DNA of 64,000 nt, taken from contig NC_042998.1 of the NCBI RefSeq assembly GCF_006345805.1, positions 36,890,001-36,954,000 of the forward strand. Direction: 5' to 3'. The position numbers and the translations under genes are program-made. The first letter of the stretch is position 1. Each line of letters opens with the position of its first letter. Source of the stretch: Octopus sinensis. Lineage: Eukaryota. The notes under the pieces were generated by a model. The model was not told the DNA's origin. It searched no databases and was given only the letters and a program-made list of their open reading frames with translations. Below are positions 29,111 through 42,384 of this stretch, piece after piece.

Positions 29111-29444
29111 ACTCAAGTAGTAGATTCGGCCAAGTATTTCACTACTCTTAATTAATGGCTGTATAATATGTTGAACCTGTTGTCTAGGTATGAGACGATT
29201 TGCGTCTTCTATTTTTAGTTTCAGATTTTAATATTTATGAAGCACATCTGTATTGCTGATATTCTGAATATTTTCTTTGCTGCTGCGGTTGCTTTATTTT
29301 ATCCATTTAATCTTAATAATTATCATTATTTTATGAATTCTCTGGTTTATTCTTTGATTTCAGTGTCAATATCAATTTAATGTTTAATTTCATAGTTTGA
29401 AGTACTTTCTATCTTGTTACGTTGACTTTGGCATATTTTCCTAA

Positions 29445-29864
29445 AACTATATGTGCGCGACATGGTGATCTCATATTCAGTTAAACTACGCATGATTTTG
29501 CAGGTGGTGTCCAGTTAGAGTTTTTTTCAAGTCGAGTAGCCCATCCTGCTCAAAAGGTCCCTGAAAAATGGTTGTTTAAGGATGTTGAAGTGAGTTATCA
29601 AAACCCAAAAGAATTCCTCTCAACACATGGATATATTGTCCACCCACTATTCGTGATCAGAGATGCATATATCATCAGCCACTAAGGAACATGGTCAACT
29701 TGTTAAGGTCAAACAACTGACAAACAAATCTGTGGTATTGAGCCGAATATGTCCTGTAGCCCGAAACAATGTTCACGATAGCACTTCCAGTCAGTTAAAA
29801 TCAGAGGCCATGAGAGCCACTGTCTGGTACAACATCAGGGCATAGCTTCACCACTACTCTGCTC

Positions 29865-29866
<2 letters not shown>
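29445..29866 (-). mobile_element. Non-coding (TAA)n-associated retroposon, older diverged copy 2
   Basis: Homologous to copies 1 and 3 with deletions. It extends further toward the inferred 5' end. Confidence 0.8.
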
Positions 29867-29900
<34 letters not shown>

Positions 29901-29913
29901 TATTATTATTATT

Positions 29914-30438
29914 GAGTGAGCGAGCAGAGCATGCCATCAAAGTGACACTGGGGTAAAATATACGAAGCCCAGTATACCCATCATAACTACCCGTCTGATA
30001 AGGGTACACCAAGCACATGCATCACAACCATATGTGCGCGACATGGTGATCTCATATCAAGATAAACAGCACATGACCTTGCAGGTGGAGCCCAGTTACA
30101 ATTTTCTTCAGATCGAGTAACCCATCCCGCTCAAAAGGTCCCTGAATAAGGGTTGTTTAAGGACGTTGAAGAAACACCCATGTTTCCAGAGGTGAATTAT
30201 TCAAACCCCAAAGAATCCTTCTCAACACATGGCTATGATGCTCCCCCACTACTTCTGCTCGTGATCAGAGATGCACATATCGTCAGCCACTAAGGGACAT
30301 GCTCAACTGGTTAAGGTCAAACAACTGACAAGCAAATCTGTGGTATTGAGCAGAATATTTGCTGTAGCCCATCTTTTATACCAAGACAAAACAATGTACA
30401 TGATAACACTTAAGATCAGAAGCCATGAGAGCCACTGC
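29914..30438 (-). mobile_element. Non-coding (TAA)n-embedded retroposon, copy 3
   Basis: Near-identical to 20867-21303; (TTA)n on both sides. Confidence 0.85.
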
Positions 30439-30468
30439 TATTATTATTATCATTATTATTATTATTAA

Positions 30469-30514
<46 letters not shown>

Positions 30515-30594
30515 GTTATTGTTGTTGTTGTTGCTGTTGTTGTTGTTGTCTTTGCACTGCTTCTTTATCCATTTCAGATATCACCAAATACTTC

Positions 30595-30680
30595 GGATGA
30601 AACTTTCAGGGACGTTTGACCCCTTGACTGGCACAAACTAATTAGATTTGGGGATCGATCCGGTACCGGTCAAGGATTCC
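30595..30680 (+). mobile_element. Internal fragment of the HINE-like family
   Basis: GGATGAAACTTTCAGGGACGTTTG..GACTGGCACA..GATCCGGTACCGG.CAAGGATTC matches 47446-47530. Confidence 0.6.
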
Positions 30681-31205
30681 CTGATATTGTCCCCAAAAGA
30701 ACCAACAATAATTTGCACTATCTTCACATTCTTCATTTTCTAGGGGTGGGTTATTTCTTACTTAAAAGGATTGTATATATCTATTTTTCGCCTTCCTTCT
30801 TGACTCTTCGTGGTACAAAGGGGCATGCAACATCGACTATATAGCACATTGGTGCACCTTGTCCACCGCAACTAGGTCAGATCTGTAATGCTCTGGCGCC
30901 TGACTTGTTTTGATTGGGAAATCCCAGAGGATTTCACAAGTCTACGACTCAGCCACTCTCTGGGGTTTCACTCTCTATAGACCCGACTTTTCGTGCAGTT
31001 TCCAACGTGACACTTTCGGAACCTGATCGTATCGCCACAACGTGTAGCGGTTTTGAGCAAGTTTGGGGTATTCGTTCGTGATATTGGGAATGGTTTCGTC
31101 CGTTCTTTTCTTGATGCGGCACAATGGCGACACTTGCTCATTCCAAAGGTTGACCCTCTAATTTGTGACCAAAGCAGGGTCCTATGCTGCCAGTATAGTG
31201 CTCTC
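30680..31205 (-). mobile_element. Decayed Dong/R4-type retrotransposon fragment (knuckle and endonuclease)
   Basis: ESTILAA*DPALVTN..SPLCRI..DETIPNI..PKLAQ..RYDQV and ILWDFPI..HYRSDL..VDVACPF on the minus strand. Abuts a TTA/TAA array. Confidence 0.85.
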
Positions 31206-31216
31206 ATTATTATGAT

Positions 31217-31284
<68 letters not shown>

Positions 31285-31421
31285 TAATAATAATAATAAT
31301 AATAATAAATAATAATAATAATAATAATAATGATAATTAATAATAATAATAATAATAATTAATAATAATATAATAATAATAATAATATAATAATAATAAT
31401 ATAATAATAATAATAATAATA

Positions 31422-31452
<31 letters not shown>

Positions 31453-31478
31453 TATTATTATTATTATTATTATAATAA
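31206..31478. repeat. (TAA)n array switching to (TTA)n near 31422
   Basis: Directly visible. Confidence 0.95.
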
Positions 31479-32367
31479 GGGTGATGATGATGATAATAAT
31501 GGCAAGACAGCCATAATTTTGGCTGCTGGGAGTTTGTGATGGAATCAAGACTGAATGGGACTGTATTTTCTTTCTTTGTTGTATAAGTGAAGCGAGGAAA
31601 GAATCTGGTAGCTGTTCAGGAGACGTTTTTCGTATAATATTTCCATACTAGAAGGGATTTCCGATATGATGTTTGTTTTAGTTAGAACAAATATTTTTCT
31701 TTTAAAATTTTAGAACATCTTCAACTAATTAAACAATAATATTAGTCGAGAAATAAATATAAACACGGGAGAGAAACAGAGAAGGAGAAAGAGAGACAGA
31801 GAAGGAACGAAGAGAATGGCGGTGATACTATAAAGGAAAAGGAGAGCTATGGAGCTTCCGTGCTACATCAGCCAATGCTGTGTTGCAGGTAGGCAACCAC
31901 AAGAACAAAACCACCAATCTGGATTTCAAGGACGACAACAACAACAACGATAACAACAATATTGAGAAAGATAAATGTAAAAATGACATTCCAGATAGAA
32001 TATTAAACGACAAAATATAGTAACGATGTCACCACCGACGCCGACGCCGACGCCGCCACCGTCGCCGCCGCCACCACCACAACAACAACGACGACAATAG
32101 CACACAACAACAGCAACGCCTCCATTTGCTGGCAAATAAGAGTTGTTTGGCAAAGCGACGGTGGGTTTAACACGGTTGACAATTATTTCAGCAAAGAAAA
32201 AATATGCAAACGACCGTGTAAAACTGATTTTCGTGGCCATACTACGAGAGTGAATGACCTGATAAGGAGGAGGTCCTTAATCTATAATCTATCAACAAAA
32301 TAATCAATGTGAACAAACCGATCGTAGAACATGCAGAGTGCTCGATAGAGTTTTGCGGTTCGATAAA

Positions 32368-32588
32368 CCTATTTCTTTACTACCCACAAGGGGCTAAACA
32401 CAGACAGGACAAACAAAGACAGACAAACGGATTAAGTCGATTATATTTCGACCCCAGTGCGTAACTGATACTTAATTTATCAACCCCGAAAGGATGAAAG
32501 GCAAAGTCGACCTCGGCGGAATTTGAACTCAGAACATAACGGCAGACGAAATACGGCTACGCATTTCGCCCGGCGTGCTAACGTTTCA
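32368..32588 (-). mobile_element. tRNA-derived SINE (family A)
   Basis: High identity to 17349-17577. Confidence 0.9.
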
Positions 32589-32885
32589 GGGGAGAGAAAG
32601 ACTCTACGAACTGGTATTGGGCGGGGAACTTCGATTAAGTAAAATTTCAGTACGCGCTCTTCAAAAGAATACTTATTGAGCTTCTCATAGTTTATGACAC
32701 GTATGAATAATGTGATATTCTCAAAAGTGACACAAAGATCGGGTTTGAAATATTTCACCGTAATAATGTGATATCATAGTAAAAAAAAAATCAGCACTAT
32801 TGACACCCAGGGGAACTTCATAGCGATCAAATATAGATGCTGTTGACAGCTGAAAATTTGATAGACAAGCCGATTATTTATACAG

Positions 32886-33271
32886 GTGGAGGCGCAATGG
32901 CCCAGTGGTTAGGGCAGCAGACTCGCGGTCGTAGGATCGCGGTTTCGATTCCCAGACCGGGCGTTGTGAGTGTTTATTGAGCGAAAACACCTAAAGCTCC
33001 ACGAGGCTCCGGCAGGGGATGGTGGTGATCCCTGCTGTACTCTTTCACCACAACCTTCTCTCACTCTTACTTCATGTTTCTGTTGTACCTGTATTTCAAA
33101 GGGCCGGCCTTGTCACTCTCTGTGTCACGCTGAATATCCCCGAGAACTACGTTAAGGGTACACGTGTCTGTGGAGTGCTCAGCCACTTACACGTTAATTT
33201 CACGAGCAGGCTGTTCCGTTGATCGGATCAACCGGAACCCTCGTCGTCGTAACCGACGGAGTGCTTCCATC
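32886..33271 (+). mobile_element. Full-length tRNA-headed SINE (family B) with 10-bp TSD
   Basis: A-box TGGCCCAGTGG and B-box TTTCGATTCC. ATTTATACAG is duplicated at 32876-32885 and 33272-33281. Confidence 0.92.
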
Positions 33272-33639
33272 ATTTATACAGAAGACGGAGAACCAACCAG
33301 CGTTGTGCCATAAGGCTGGAAGGCTAGGTGATGCTCATGCAGTAGGGCCAACCACCAAAACATTTTCTGTCCTCCCGCAAAGAGGCCGAAAGTACTCTTG
33401 TTTACTAACACCATAAACACATCGAGACCAATTACAACAACGAAAGCGACACCAATCTCGAAATCAAGAAGTCCAAGATATTGCAAAAACAGCGAAGGAG
33501 GGTATTGCCATCGACCCTGAAAGCGGATAATTAACAAGAACGTTTTGTTCTCTCAAACAGAATTAACAGCAATGTCAGTATAAATCACACAAGCTTATAC
33601 TTCAACCAAGCTTCTCCGTCTGCAGCAAATTCCTCGGTA

Positions 33640-33868
33640 GAGAGCTGGCAGAATCGTTAGCACGCCGGGCGAAATGCTTAGCGTTATTTCGTCTGCGTTA
33701 CGTTGTGAGTTCAAATTCCGCCGAGGTCGACTTTGCCTTTCATCCTTTCGGGGTCGATAAATTAAGTACCAGTTACGCACTGGGGTCGATGTAATCGATT
33801 TAATACCTATGTCTGTCCATGTTTGTCCCATCTGTGTTTAGCCTCTTGTGGGTAATAAAGAAATAGGT
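33640..33868 (+). mobile_element. tRNA-derived SINE (family A)
   Basis: GAGCTGGCAGAATCGTTAGCACGCCGGGCG..GAGTTCAAATTCCGCCGAGGTCGACTTTGCC..AAAGAAATAGGT. Confidence 0.92.
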
Positions 33869-34377
33869 AGATTTTGTGCGAAAGAGACGCAGATCAAAAC
33901 ATGGAAAGCTGTCAACGGAGAGACCAAGGAGGTTAATACACCTTTAACATTTATCAAAAGAAAAGAACAGGCCACAGTCCCACTGTCGAGAAACGGCTTA
34001 GAAATTTAGATGGAAAACAAATAACGATCCCGTAAGTGTACAAACCATCAGCACAACCGTTAAAACAATAGCTGGAGAAATAAAAACGCGATCAGAACAC
34101 AAGACAAATTCGCGCAACCACACCACATGCAAGAACAGGAAAACTTTCAAACGCATTAATAACAGAGTGTTCCATATAAAAGGGAAAAAGCAGCGCAGTC
34201 AGTCTTTCAACATAACAAAGTGTAAATTCACCGTTGTAAATAAAAGTACATATCAGCACCTATGTAAGACAAACTAGAAATCAAGATTAGAAAATGCTTA
34301 ACATCTCAGACTAGCAGTACATAAAAGTAATCTAGATATTTTATTCTTTAAGCATACAGGCAAATCTATCTATCAGG

Positions 34378-34456
<79 letters not shown>

Positions 34457-34864
34457 TGTGTGGTGTGTGTGTGTATGTGTGTGTGTGTGTGGGTGTGTGA
34501 GTGTTTGTGTGTATATTCTAAGTTCCATACCCTATAGCTTCTGCTTACGTCACTTGACTGTTCCCATTACTCATTTATGAAAAAATAAAACTCAACATCA
34601 TATTCCATCGCTCCTATTATATTTTACAATTGTACCATGGAAGGTGTTCATTTGTCATTTAAAAACACAGAAAAAATCGTAAGATTCACTTTAACATTTA
34701 AATTTTAATTTGCTAAAACTTTTGTCAATGAACAGGTCGCGGTTTCAAAGCAAGGAAAATTTTGACAAATTATACTTGAATGTTGAAGTGAATCTAACGG
34801 CAATTGTGTGTTTTTATACGACTTAAAAACGCCTTCCACACTGCATATAAATAGTATATAAATA

Positions 34865-34921
<57 letters not shown>

Positions 34922-34935
34922 CGTGTGTGTGTGTG

Positions 34936-35020
34936 TGTCTGTGTCTGTGTACAATATATCATAATTTCTTTTATTTGGGTGTAAATTACTGACTGACAAC
35001 CGAAGTTTATATCTTCTACT

Positions 35021-35051
<31 letters not shown>

Positions 35052-35171
35052 GTATGTGTGGTGTGTGTGTGTGTGTGTGTGTGTGTGTCTGTGTCTGTGT
35101 ACATATATATCCTAATTTCTTTTATTTGGGTGTAAATTACTGACTGACAACCGAAGTTTATATCTTCTACT
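34936..35171. repeat. Two near-identical copies of an ~85-bp segment separated by TA/TG microsatellite
   Basis: 34936-35020 and 35086-35171 share TAATTTCTTTTATTTGGGTGTAAATTACTGACTGACAACCGAAGTTTATATCTTCTACT. Confidence 0.92.
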
Positions 35172-35196
35172 ATATATATATATATATATATTATAT

Positions 35197-35227
<31 letters not shown>

Positions 35228-36289
35228 GATATGTGTGTGTGGTGTGTGTTGTGTGTGTGTGTGTGGTGTGTGTGTGTGTGTGTGTGTGAGTGTGTGTGTA
35301 TAAATGTATAATTGAAATAATCGCTGTAGTCCCGTTACTGACATTTCGAATCATTCATTAGAATTGTTTCATTGATCTTTGACAAACTAAAGATATTGAA
35401 ATTTAAATGGAGATTGAAAATACAAATCTTATATTTTTTTTTATAAATGTAAGACTATTCGGAGACGTAGAACAAAAATCGAAATAATGTTAAAATAAAG
35501 AAATTTAAAGACAAATAAAAAAAACCATGAAAAATATAACACATGAAAATTGGAAACGCAGACTAATGCATAAATTATAGGAATTATGACGAAAAACAGA
35601 TAAAAAGGAAACAAATCACAGACAGAATAAGATAAATAGCAATAAACATGAACAGAGTAAATGAGTCAGCTGGCCAAAGTGTTTATAATACAACAAAAAG
35701 AAATAAACAAAAAATAAAAATGTTAACATACGTATCAATTTCAAAAGAAAAAAAATATGAAAAATAAAAATAAAACTAATCGATAAAGGACTAAAGAGAA
35801 TAAATAAAATCAAATATGTGACAGAAATGTAAAAAAAAAAAAAAAAATAACATCCAGCAAGATAAAATATTGTTGTGATGGATATTTTTGTTATAATTAT
35901 GATAATTATAATGATTCTCTACTTTTCTCGTTGGCCGTAATTGCTGCACACAAAACAAACGAAAAGGTTGAAACACAAACAAAGGACCGTTGTGGGTTTC
36001 ATGTAGCACAAGGAAACAGGAAAATATTTACAATCGACAATAACATTAAACAATATAAGTCCCGAAAATGGGGAAGCTTCACCCAGGGTCAACTAAGGAA
36101 CCCCACACATTTCAGTCACCCCGATCGCCAATCGCACTCCATGTAGGCACGCCCTCGTCTTCATGCCTTTCGGATTACATGTGCATTCTCAAATAGGCCC
36201 ATTCACACTGGTCTTCTGTCCACCAAATACTAGTGAACAGCACCTACTCTTCCAACCTCACTGCATTGGGATGATTATCAGGTGGTATC

Positions 36290-36445
36290 AAGGTCTCTGT
36301 ATATATAATGGGAATTTATGCAAGGTTACAGGTCATGCAGAAGATAGTACTTCTCGGTACAAGAAGGATTGTAAGGGAAGTGTTGTCTATGTAAGGTACA
36401 GGAGTGAAAGCAGTAAGAGACCTTTGTCAACTTGTTGACTTCCCC
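36290..36445 (-). mobile_element. Penelope-like linker/GIY-YIG relic
   Basis: Frameshifted minus translation CFHSC.YIDNTSLT ... TIFCMTCNL ... LYI resembles CxTCPYI...VIYCITC..YIGET. Confidence 0.35.
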
Positions 36446-38126
36446 TTAACTGACATTTCCGGACCTTTGAACATCTAAGCGTCTGGGGTTTACAAAATTG
36501 AAACACAAAAATGACAATATGAGATATTTACTAGATTCTCTCATTGGACAATATTCACGCTGCACCACCACCATGAGTACGTAAAATTTGTGTGGTATAT
36601 ATTGAGTACTAGCATGATTCAACACCGTTTCACCTGTACAGGATCCTTCCAACTAGAATGAGAACATTAAGAGCAGAAGGAATATTATACTACACGCAGA
36701 CGGCTTATATATACCGGTAAGTTTTGTAATCGATTACTGGTTAATTCTGCACTAAATACCCACTTTATACGATGACAGCATTTATCAATAACAAATTCGT
36801 TTCGCGTAGTTATCAATCATAACAAATAAAATTGCCTTAACGTGTAAATAATCTACATCCCTGATGCCCCTATTAAGGTTTAGCAGAATCGACAAATAAC
36901 CTACGGGCTTTAATCTGAACAACCTTAAGCTTAAAGAGAAAATATTCTGCTAAGGGAAGAGTAGATTTTAGATTTGGATTGACAGAAGTATGGTTCTTGT
37001 CGAAACGGATATTTAAACTGTTATGCATTTCTACAATGCATCTATGCACTACATTATTACATATGTAATTACTGTCGAAAGGGCACTCATTAGAGACTGA
37101 CACTCATTGGGAGTATCGCAATTTAGAAAATCCAGCCTAAGATGATACGTGTGAGAATGCAGACTGGGCCTTCTAAAGATTAAAAGAGGGTATAGATTGC
37201 CATAATATTACAGGGCTATTTTAAACTAATCTCTACTTAGATACAACTTAGAAAATTTATAACGTGCAGAATTTGAATTCGTAATATTTAATTTACCGCC
37301 ATTCTTACTATTAAATATCAATCTTGACTGTGTAGAATTCCCCCACCAATTTCATTTAATTATGATTCAGGTTGCTTTTGTAGCAATTGAAATTTGAGTT
37401 TTGGAATATGAAAGTTTAACTGTTATCTTGTTTATTATCTGATTGTGTGTTGCGTTGGTATGTTTCTACTAAATATTTCCAGCTTTGATGGCTTTTGGAG
37501 TGGCAAAAATCAATGGTCATGCCATGTAAACTCACATAATAGCACAAGGTGTTAGAATCAAGTCTCCTGCATACGTTGAAGAGTTGTAGAGAGCGTGTTA
37601 AGTCGAGGATGGTTGCCGTTTGCTGCGAGAGGCCATGCGTGTTTTAACAAGACACAACGCACTCACGCAAAAATTATGTAACTTAAAAATGCTGTCAGCA
37701 AAAGTAACACGAAACATGTCAGCGGATATTAACCCCATATGTTACTAGGTTTGTAGTATTGAAAGGCAGACTAAGTGACATTCTTACTGAAGGCTGCTAT
37801 TGTTCGGGGGATGGCCAAAATAAATGGTATCTGTTGGAGAAATATCAAATATTCTAGTCTCGAATTGAAGGAGTCGCGGAAGCTGATGGCGAATTCATGG
37901 AATAAAATCATAAGAGATCTTATCGGGATCATGTGCACCGAGTTCTTTAAAACCCATTTGGTTTTTCTTTTGGGTAATGTTGTTTTATTAAATTGCCAAA
38001 TATGTCCTTAATCGCATTGCACACCCTGTTTGTGAATTTATGCAATGCCCGGATGCAAGATGTGTTTTTGAATCTGGACTTAGAAGAGAACAGAATACAA
38101 CAATATGCACATTTATAAAGGCTTTG

Positions 38127-38390
38127 TGAAGGCACGTCGTCTAGTGGTTAGGCTGTTGACCTCATGATCACTAGATCGTGGGTTCGATTCCCATGCCGTG
38201 CTCCGTGTGTTCTTGAGTAAAACACTTCATTTCACGTTGCTCCAGTCCCCTTTCGACCAAGGGTTTGTTGACCTGCTCATCTAACTAATGAGGTGGTGTC
38301 ATTCGATGGCTAAATTGATACAAAGCGCATTGTGACCAGCAAGGTGTCAGAACAGCTGATAGATTGGTTGGTCACGTGACCACGTGATAA
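38127..38390 (+). mobile_element. tRNA-derived SINE (family C head, distinct tail)
   Basis: CTAGTGGTTAGG A-box and GTTCGATTCC B-box; TTCTTGAGTAAAACACTTCATTTCACGTTGCTCCAG; GTCACGTGA-repeat tail. Confidence 0.8.
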
Positions 38391-38979
38391 AAACCTTAGA
38401 GAATGTAGCAGCAACCACTTAGTTGGGACTTGAAATTGAAGTTTCTGGAATGTAAAGAACTAAATACTGAAATGTATATTGGTTTAATAGCATAAATGTT
38501 TCGTACTCTACAGTTCTGCTAATGACTCACATTCAAATTGATTGTTTAATGAGAAGTACCAGACATTCGTTCATAGTTGGCTCAGTTTTCTTTCTCTCAT
38601 GATTGTTTTTCATTATGCACGCACAGAATACACATCGATATAAAAATACTCAACTTATATCCACCATCGATATTAATCCCAGCAACATTCGAAATTAATT
38701 GCAACTATGTCAGGAAAAGTTGAATTCCAAAGGATTACCACAAAAAAACGTATGCTAACGTTGTAAAAGAAACTGCACCATTAATAATAACGTGAAGTAA
38801 TTTATTCATGTTTAAAATGAAATTAATGTGATACGCGGTTGTTAAGCATTTCTACTATGGAGATACTTTTGTTTCTTGTATTTTTGTTTTGTTTATTGTA
38901 TTGTTTTATTAATGCATTGGTATTTATGTTCTATTATTCAGTTTTCATTTAAATTAAATTCTGTAACGTCCATATTTTC

Positions 38980-40184
38980 CGGAAATTCAACCTGGAAAGG
39001 TAACATTCCTCAAAGCATCAACCACGTCTGAACAATTTCCGTTATTGCACAAAAATATAATAAATAAGTAAATAATATAATACAAATAGTCGTAATTTTG
39101 TCTAAATATTTAGATACTTCCTGTTCCGATCTGATCTGTATATATGATGCAAAAGAGGGTAATGGATTTTGTAAATGTTAATCGAGCAGAAAAAAGTTAA
39201 ATAGAATATTGAAAGCCGAGTCCTAATTATTATTTAACTATTTACGGTAGCAACGTCCTGTATGGTTTTCTCCACATGGAATGTCATCAATAATTTAGAA
39301 ATCATTCAGCCAATTTCTTTTGCCGCCATTCTCATGTTTCCTGTTCAGCAGTACGATGCTTATAAATTCATTACACATCCATTCCATTTATTATTTGGGA
39401 AACGTTTTTCCGAAGCATCATTAATTTAAAAGGAATGTAATCATACATTTTTGTTGCTATTTCGTTTTCGCTACTCTATTCCTCATGAAATGCAGATTGT
39501 CATTATCAAACAAATAATGACAATTCCTGATATTTGTATTGTTTAATCTCAGAACATAGAAATAACAAAACTGAAAAATTGTGAAAATATTAATATAGTG
39601 TGTTACCATTCCTGTCACTCCATATTGTAGCTTAATTGCACTGAGTAAAATTTTGACAACATACTTTATTGACGGTGAGAAATACAGACGGCCGTATGAA
39701 ACATACGTTTTGTATAGGTACGAGAGAAGTACAACAGTGGTAGCAATGATTCTGCAGATGGTGAAGAAAGAAAGATAAGAAAGCAATGAACGAGACAAGT
39801 GTCATAGTTTGAACTTGCACAAAACAGGAGAAGCACTAAACGAATCTCAGAGTCAGCAGGAGGGATTTGAGCAGATCTTCCACTGAAGAACTTTCAGAGA
39901 CAATCCAACGCAACACCACTGATTTCTTCTTCGCTATTTCAACGTCCGTACTGCTATAAATTGGATGCTATAATATATTCCCTGAGTTTCACATGGAGGT
40001 CTACGGAGAACCACGTGCTTTCGAACTGGACGCGTATAGGGCTTTGCACATGTTCGTTGCTGTACTCATAATCATGCATGTGACAATAGTAAGTCTTATG
40101 ATTATATACAAGCCTATTCATAAGGCCAGAGTTGCAATATTGACGGTGACTTGTGTTGTAGCTTTTCTGCTCTGTATTTATTAA
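38980..40184 (+). pseudogene. Probable intronless rhodopsin-class 7TM receptor pseudogene (Srw/FMRFamide-receptor-like)
   Basis: Collinear TM-like segments: NNIIQIVVILSK, CSDLI, ISFAAILMFPVQQY..ITHPF (from 39316), IFVAISFSLL/SIP, IPVTPYCSLIALSKILTTYF (from 39608), RNTTDFFFAISTSVLL*IG (39909-39965) and ALHMFVAVLIIMHVTIVSLMIIY. Stops and frameshifts throughout. Confidence 0.45.
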
Positions 40185-40865
40185 TCGGAAATAAGGGAAT
40201 CATAGACCGGGCCTAAGTATAAAATCAGAACGTAGTAATGTAAACAGGGGGTTCGCAAGGATATTCAATAACATGCTACAATTCACATTGACACACAGAC
40301 TTATCAAAACTTATAACGAAGAGATACAAACTGATCTGAAATATATGCATAGTGGGAGATTCTTACAAAATTTTAGTTACTCATTTAATCGATCTAAATT
40401 ATCTGTCGGTAGTAGATCACAACAATATCGACCGATTATTTTATTAATGAATTCGCTGCTCTAAACTATGTACAGGGTAACTATATTGTAAAATTACAAA
40501 TATGTCTATCACTTTTGGACAGTATACATATTCATAAATATGGTACGTTGACTAGTAAAAATTCTGAAGAAAACATTGAATGTTAATCAATATACATTCA
40601 AATCATGAGATAATAATATCCGTATCGAATGCTTTCGATTTTTTTTAATGATATGCATTGATGAAGTGTGGGAACTATTTTATTTATGATTTAGGACTAT
40701 TTCCAAGCATTTTAAATATAAAATTGTATATAATAAATTACATTATAAACTGAGTATATTGCAAATGTATATATATACATGTGTGAGCATTTATATGCAT
40801 CTACATACATACGTAATCTAAATGTCTATCTCTCATAATCTTTCTACGTAGTATGAATATATAAG

Positions 40866-41270
40866 GATCATACAAGCTCAATAGGATATAAACCTTCAGG
40901 GGGGAAAGAAAGATAATGGAAGCTCAAGTGATATTTAATCATTTGATGCAGATTTCTGCGGCTCAATTGAATCTAAAACATTGTAGGAAGGATATGGAAG
41001 TTCAAGTGATATTTAACCATCTGGTGTGGATCTCGCAAGCTTAGGTGAATCTAACCAACTGAAGAACATCGAAACACAAGTGATATTTGACTATCTGGTG
41101 CTGATCATTCAGCTCAGTTCAGACTAAAGCTTCAGTGGGAAGATCTTAGAAACTCAAGTGATATTAAAACCGTCTGGTGGGGCCAGTTCAAGCCAGGTGA
41201 TATTTAACTAATCAAGCCAAATCAACAAGTGATGATTGTGAAGCTCAATGGTACTTGACCAACCAAACCC
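40866..41270. repeat. Degenerate minisatellite, ~39-bp subunit in ~78-bp higher-order period
   Basis: CAAGTGATATT-type motif at 40925, 41003, 41077, 41155 and 41194 (spacings 78, 74, 78, 39). Confidence 0.8.
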
Positions 41271-41550
41271 TAAAGGTGATAATCATGCAGTTTTATAATT
41301 AGTGATGAGATAATTGCTAGTTAATTACCTGTAGCTTCTTAATATATATATATATATATATATATACATATGCATATATCTCCATACATACATGTAAGTC
41401 TTCACAAGCTGCATGTACTAGGGTCGGTTCGTTTAACTAAACCCCTTCAAGGCGACTCACTGCATATCTGCAGGCAAACGAAACCATACATATATGGATG
41501 TTTGTATATATATATATATATATATATATAGATAGATAGATATATATATG

Positions 41551-41595
<45 letters not shown>

Positions 41596-41613
41596 ATGTA
41601 CACACACACACAC

Positions 41614-41687
<74 letters not shown>

Positions 41688-42059
41688 TATGTACGTAAGT
41701 ATGCATATACGCGTAAACCAATTTTCTTGATGCAGCCATCATTCTACGCGTTTATGTATGTGGCTATACCATATATACATATACCGTGAAATTTCATAAA
41801 GACGTATTCTATTTTGTCGTATATCGGAGAAGTCGGATGGAATTTACGTTAAGGTCTATTTGGGTAGATATTGTCAAGAGTTAGTAAATTCCTTATTAAC
41901 ATTAATCCCACTTGATACTGTCAGCGAGAATCATAATGGGAAACTATTGATTCTGTGTCCACATATGAATTATTGCTATTCTGAGAAATCCCTGCACATC
42001 CAACGAGTTGATGTATCTAGAGAACTAATTTGCAGAAGTGGGAGAATGGGTGAAACAGA

Positions 42060-42103
<44 letters not shown>

Positions 42104-42384
42104 GAGAGAGAGAGTGGGGTGTGAGACGAAATTCTGGTCTAAATATCAGTGAATTTCTTATAACTATTATCGTTTATATGTTTTAGCCCTATTAAGATTT
42201 TTCCTTCTGTCGTCCCCACCCAATCTAGACTCTTCATGCAACTATTATTCAAGTTTTAAATTTAGTTTCGTATTTTACCTACATATTAATTAAAAACTGA
42301 TGTTTTAAAATCAAGTTTTATTAAATTCCGATATCACAGTATTTTTTTAGAAAACAGAGCTGCTGAAGTACACTGGATACTGAT

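Larger units (their letters stand above)
32590..34360 (+). mobile_element. Decayed Penelope-like ORF (RT C-terminal part to GIY-YIG), interrupted by two SINEs
   Basis: After removing the SINE, LIDKPIIYTEDGEPTSV resembles FLDxxI..DGxLxTxV. Near 34260, TYVRQTRN resembles YVGQTxR. Confidence 0.45.

Noticed and set aside
40866-41270. CRISPR-like repeat/spacer appearance
   Set aside because: The spacers are homologous to each other, the repeats are degenerate, no cas genes are present and the context is eukaryotic.
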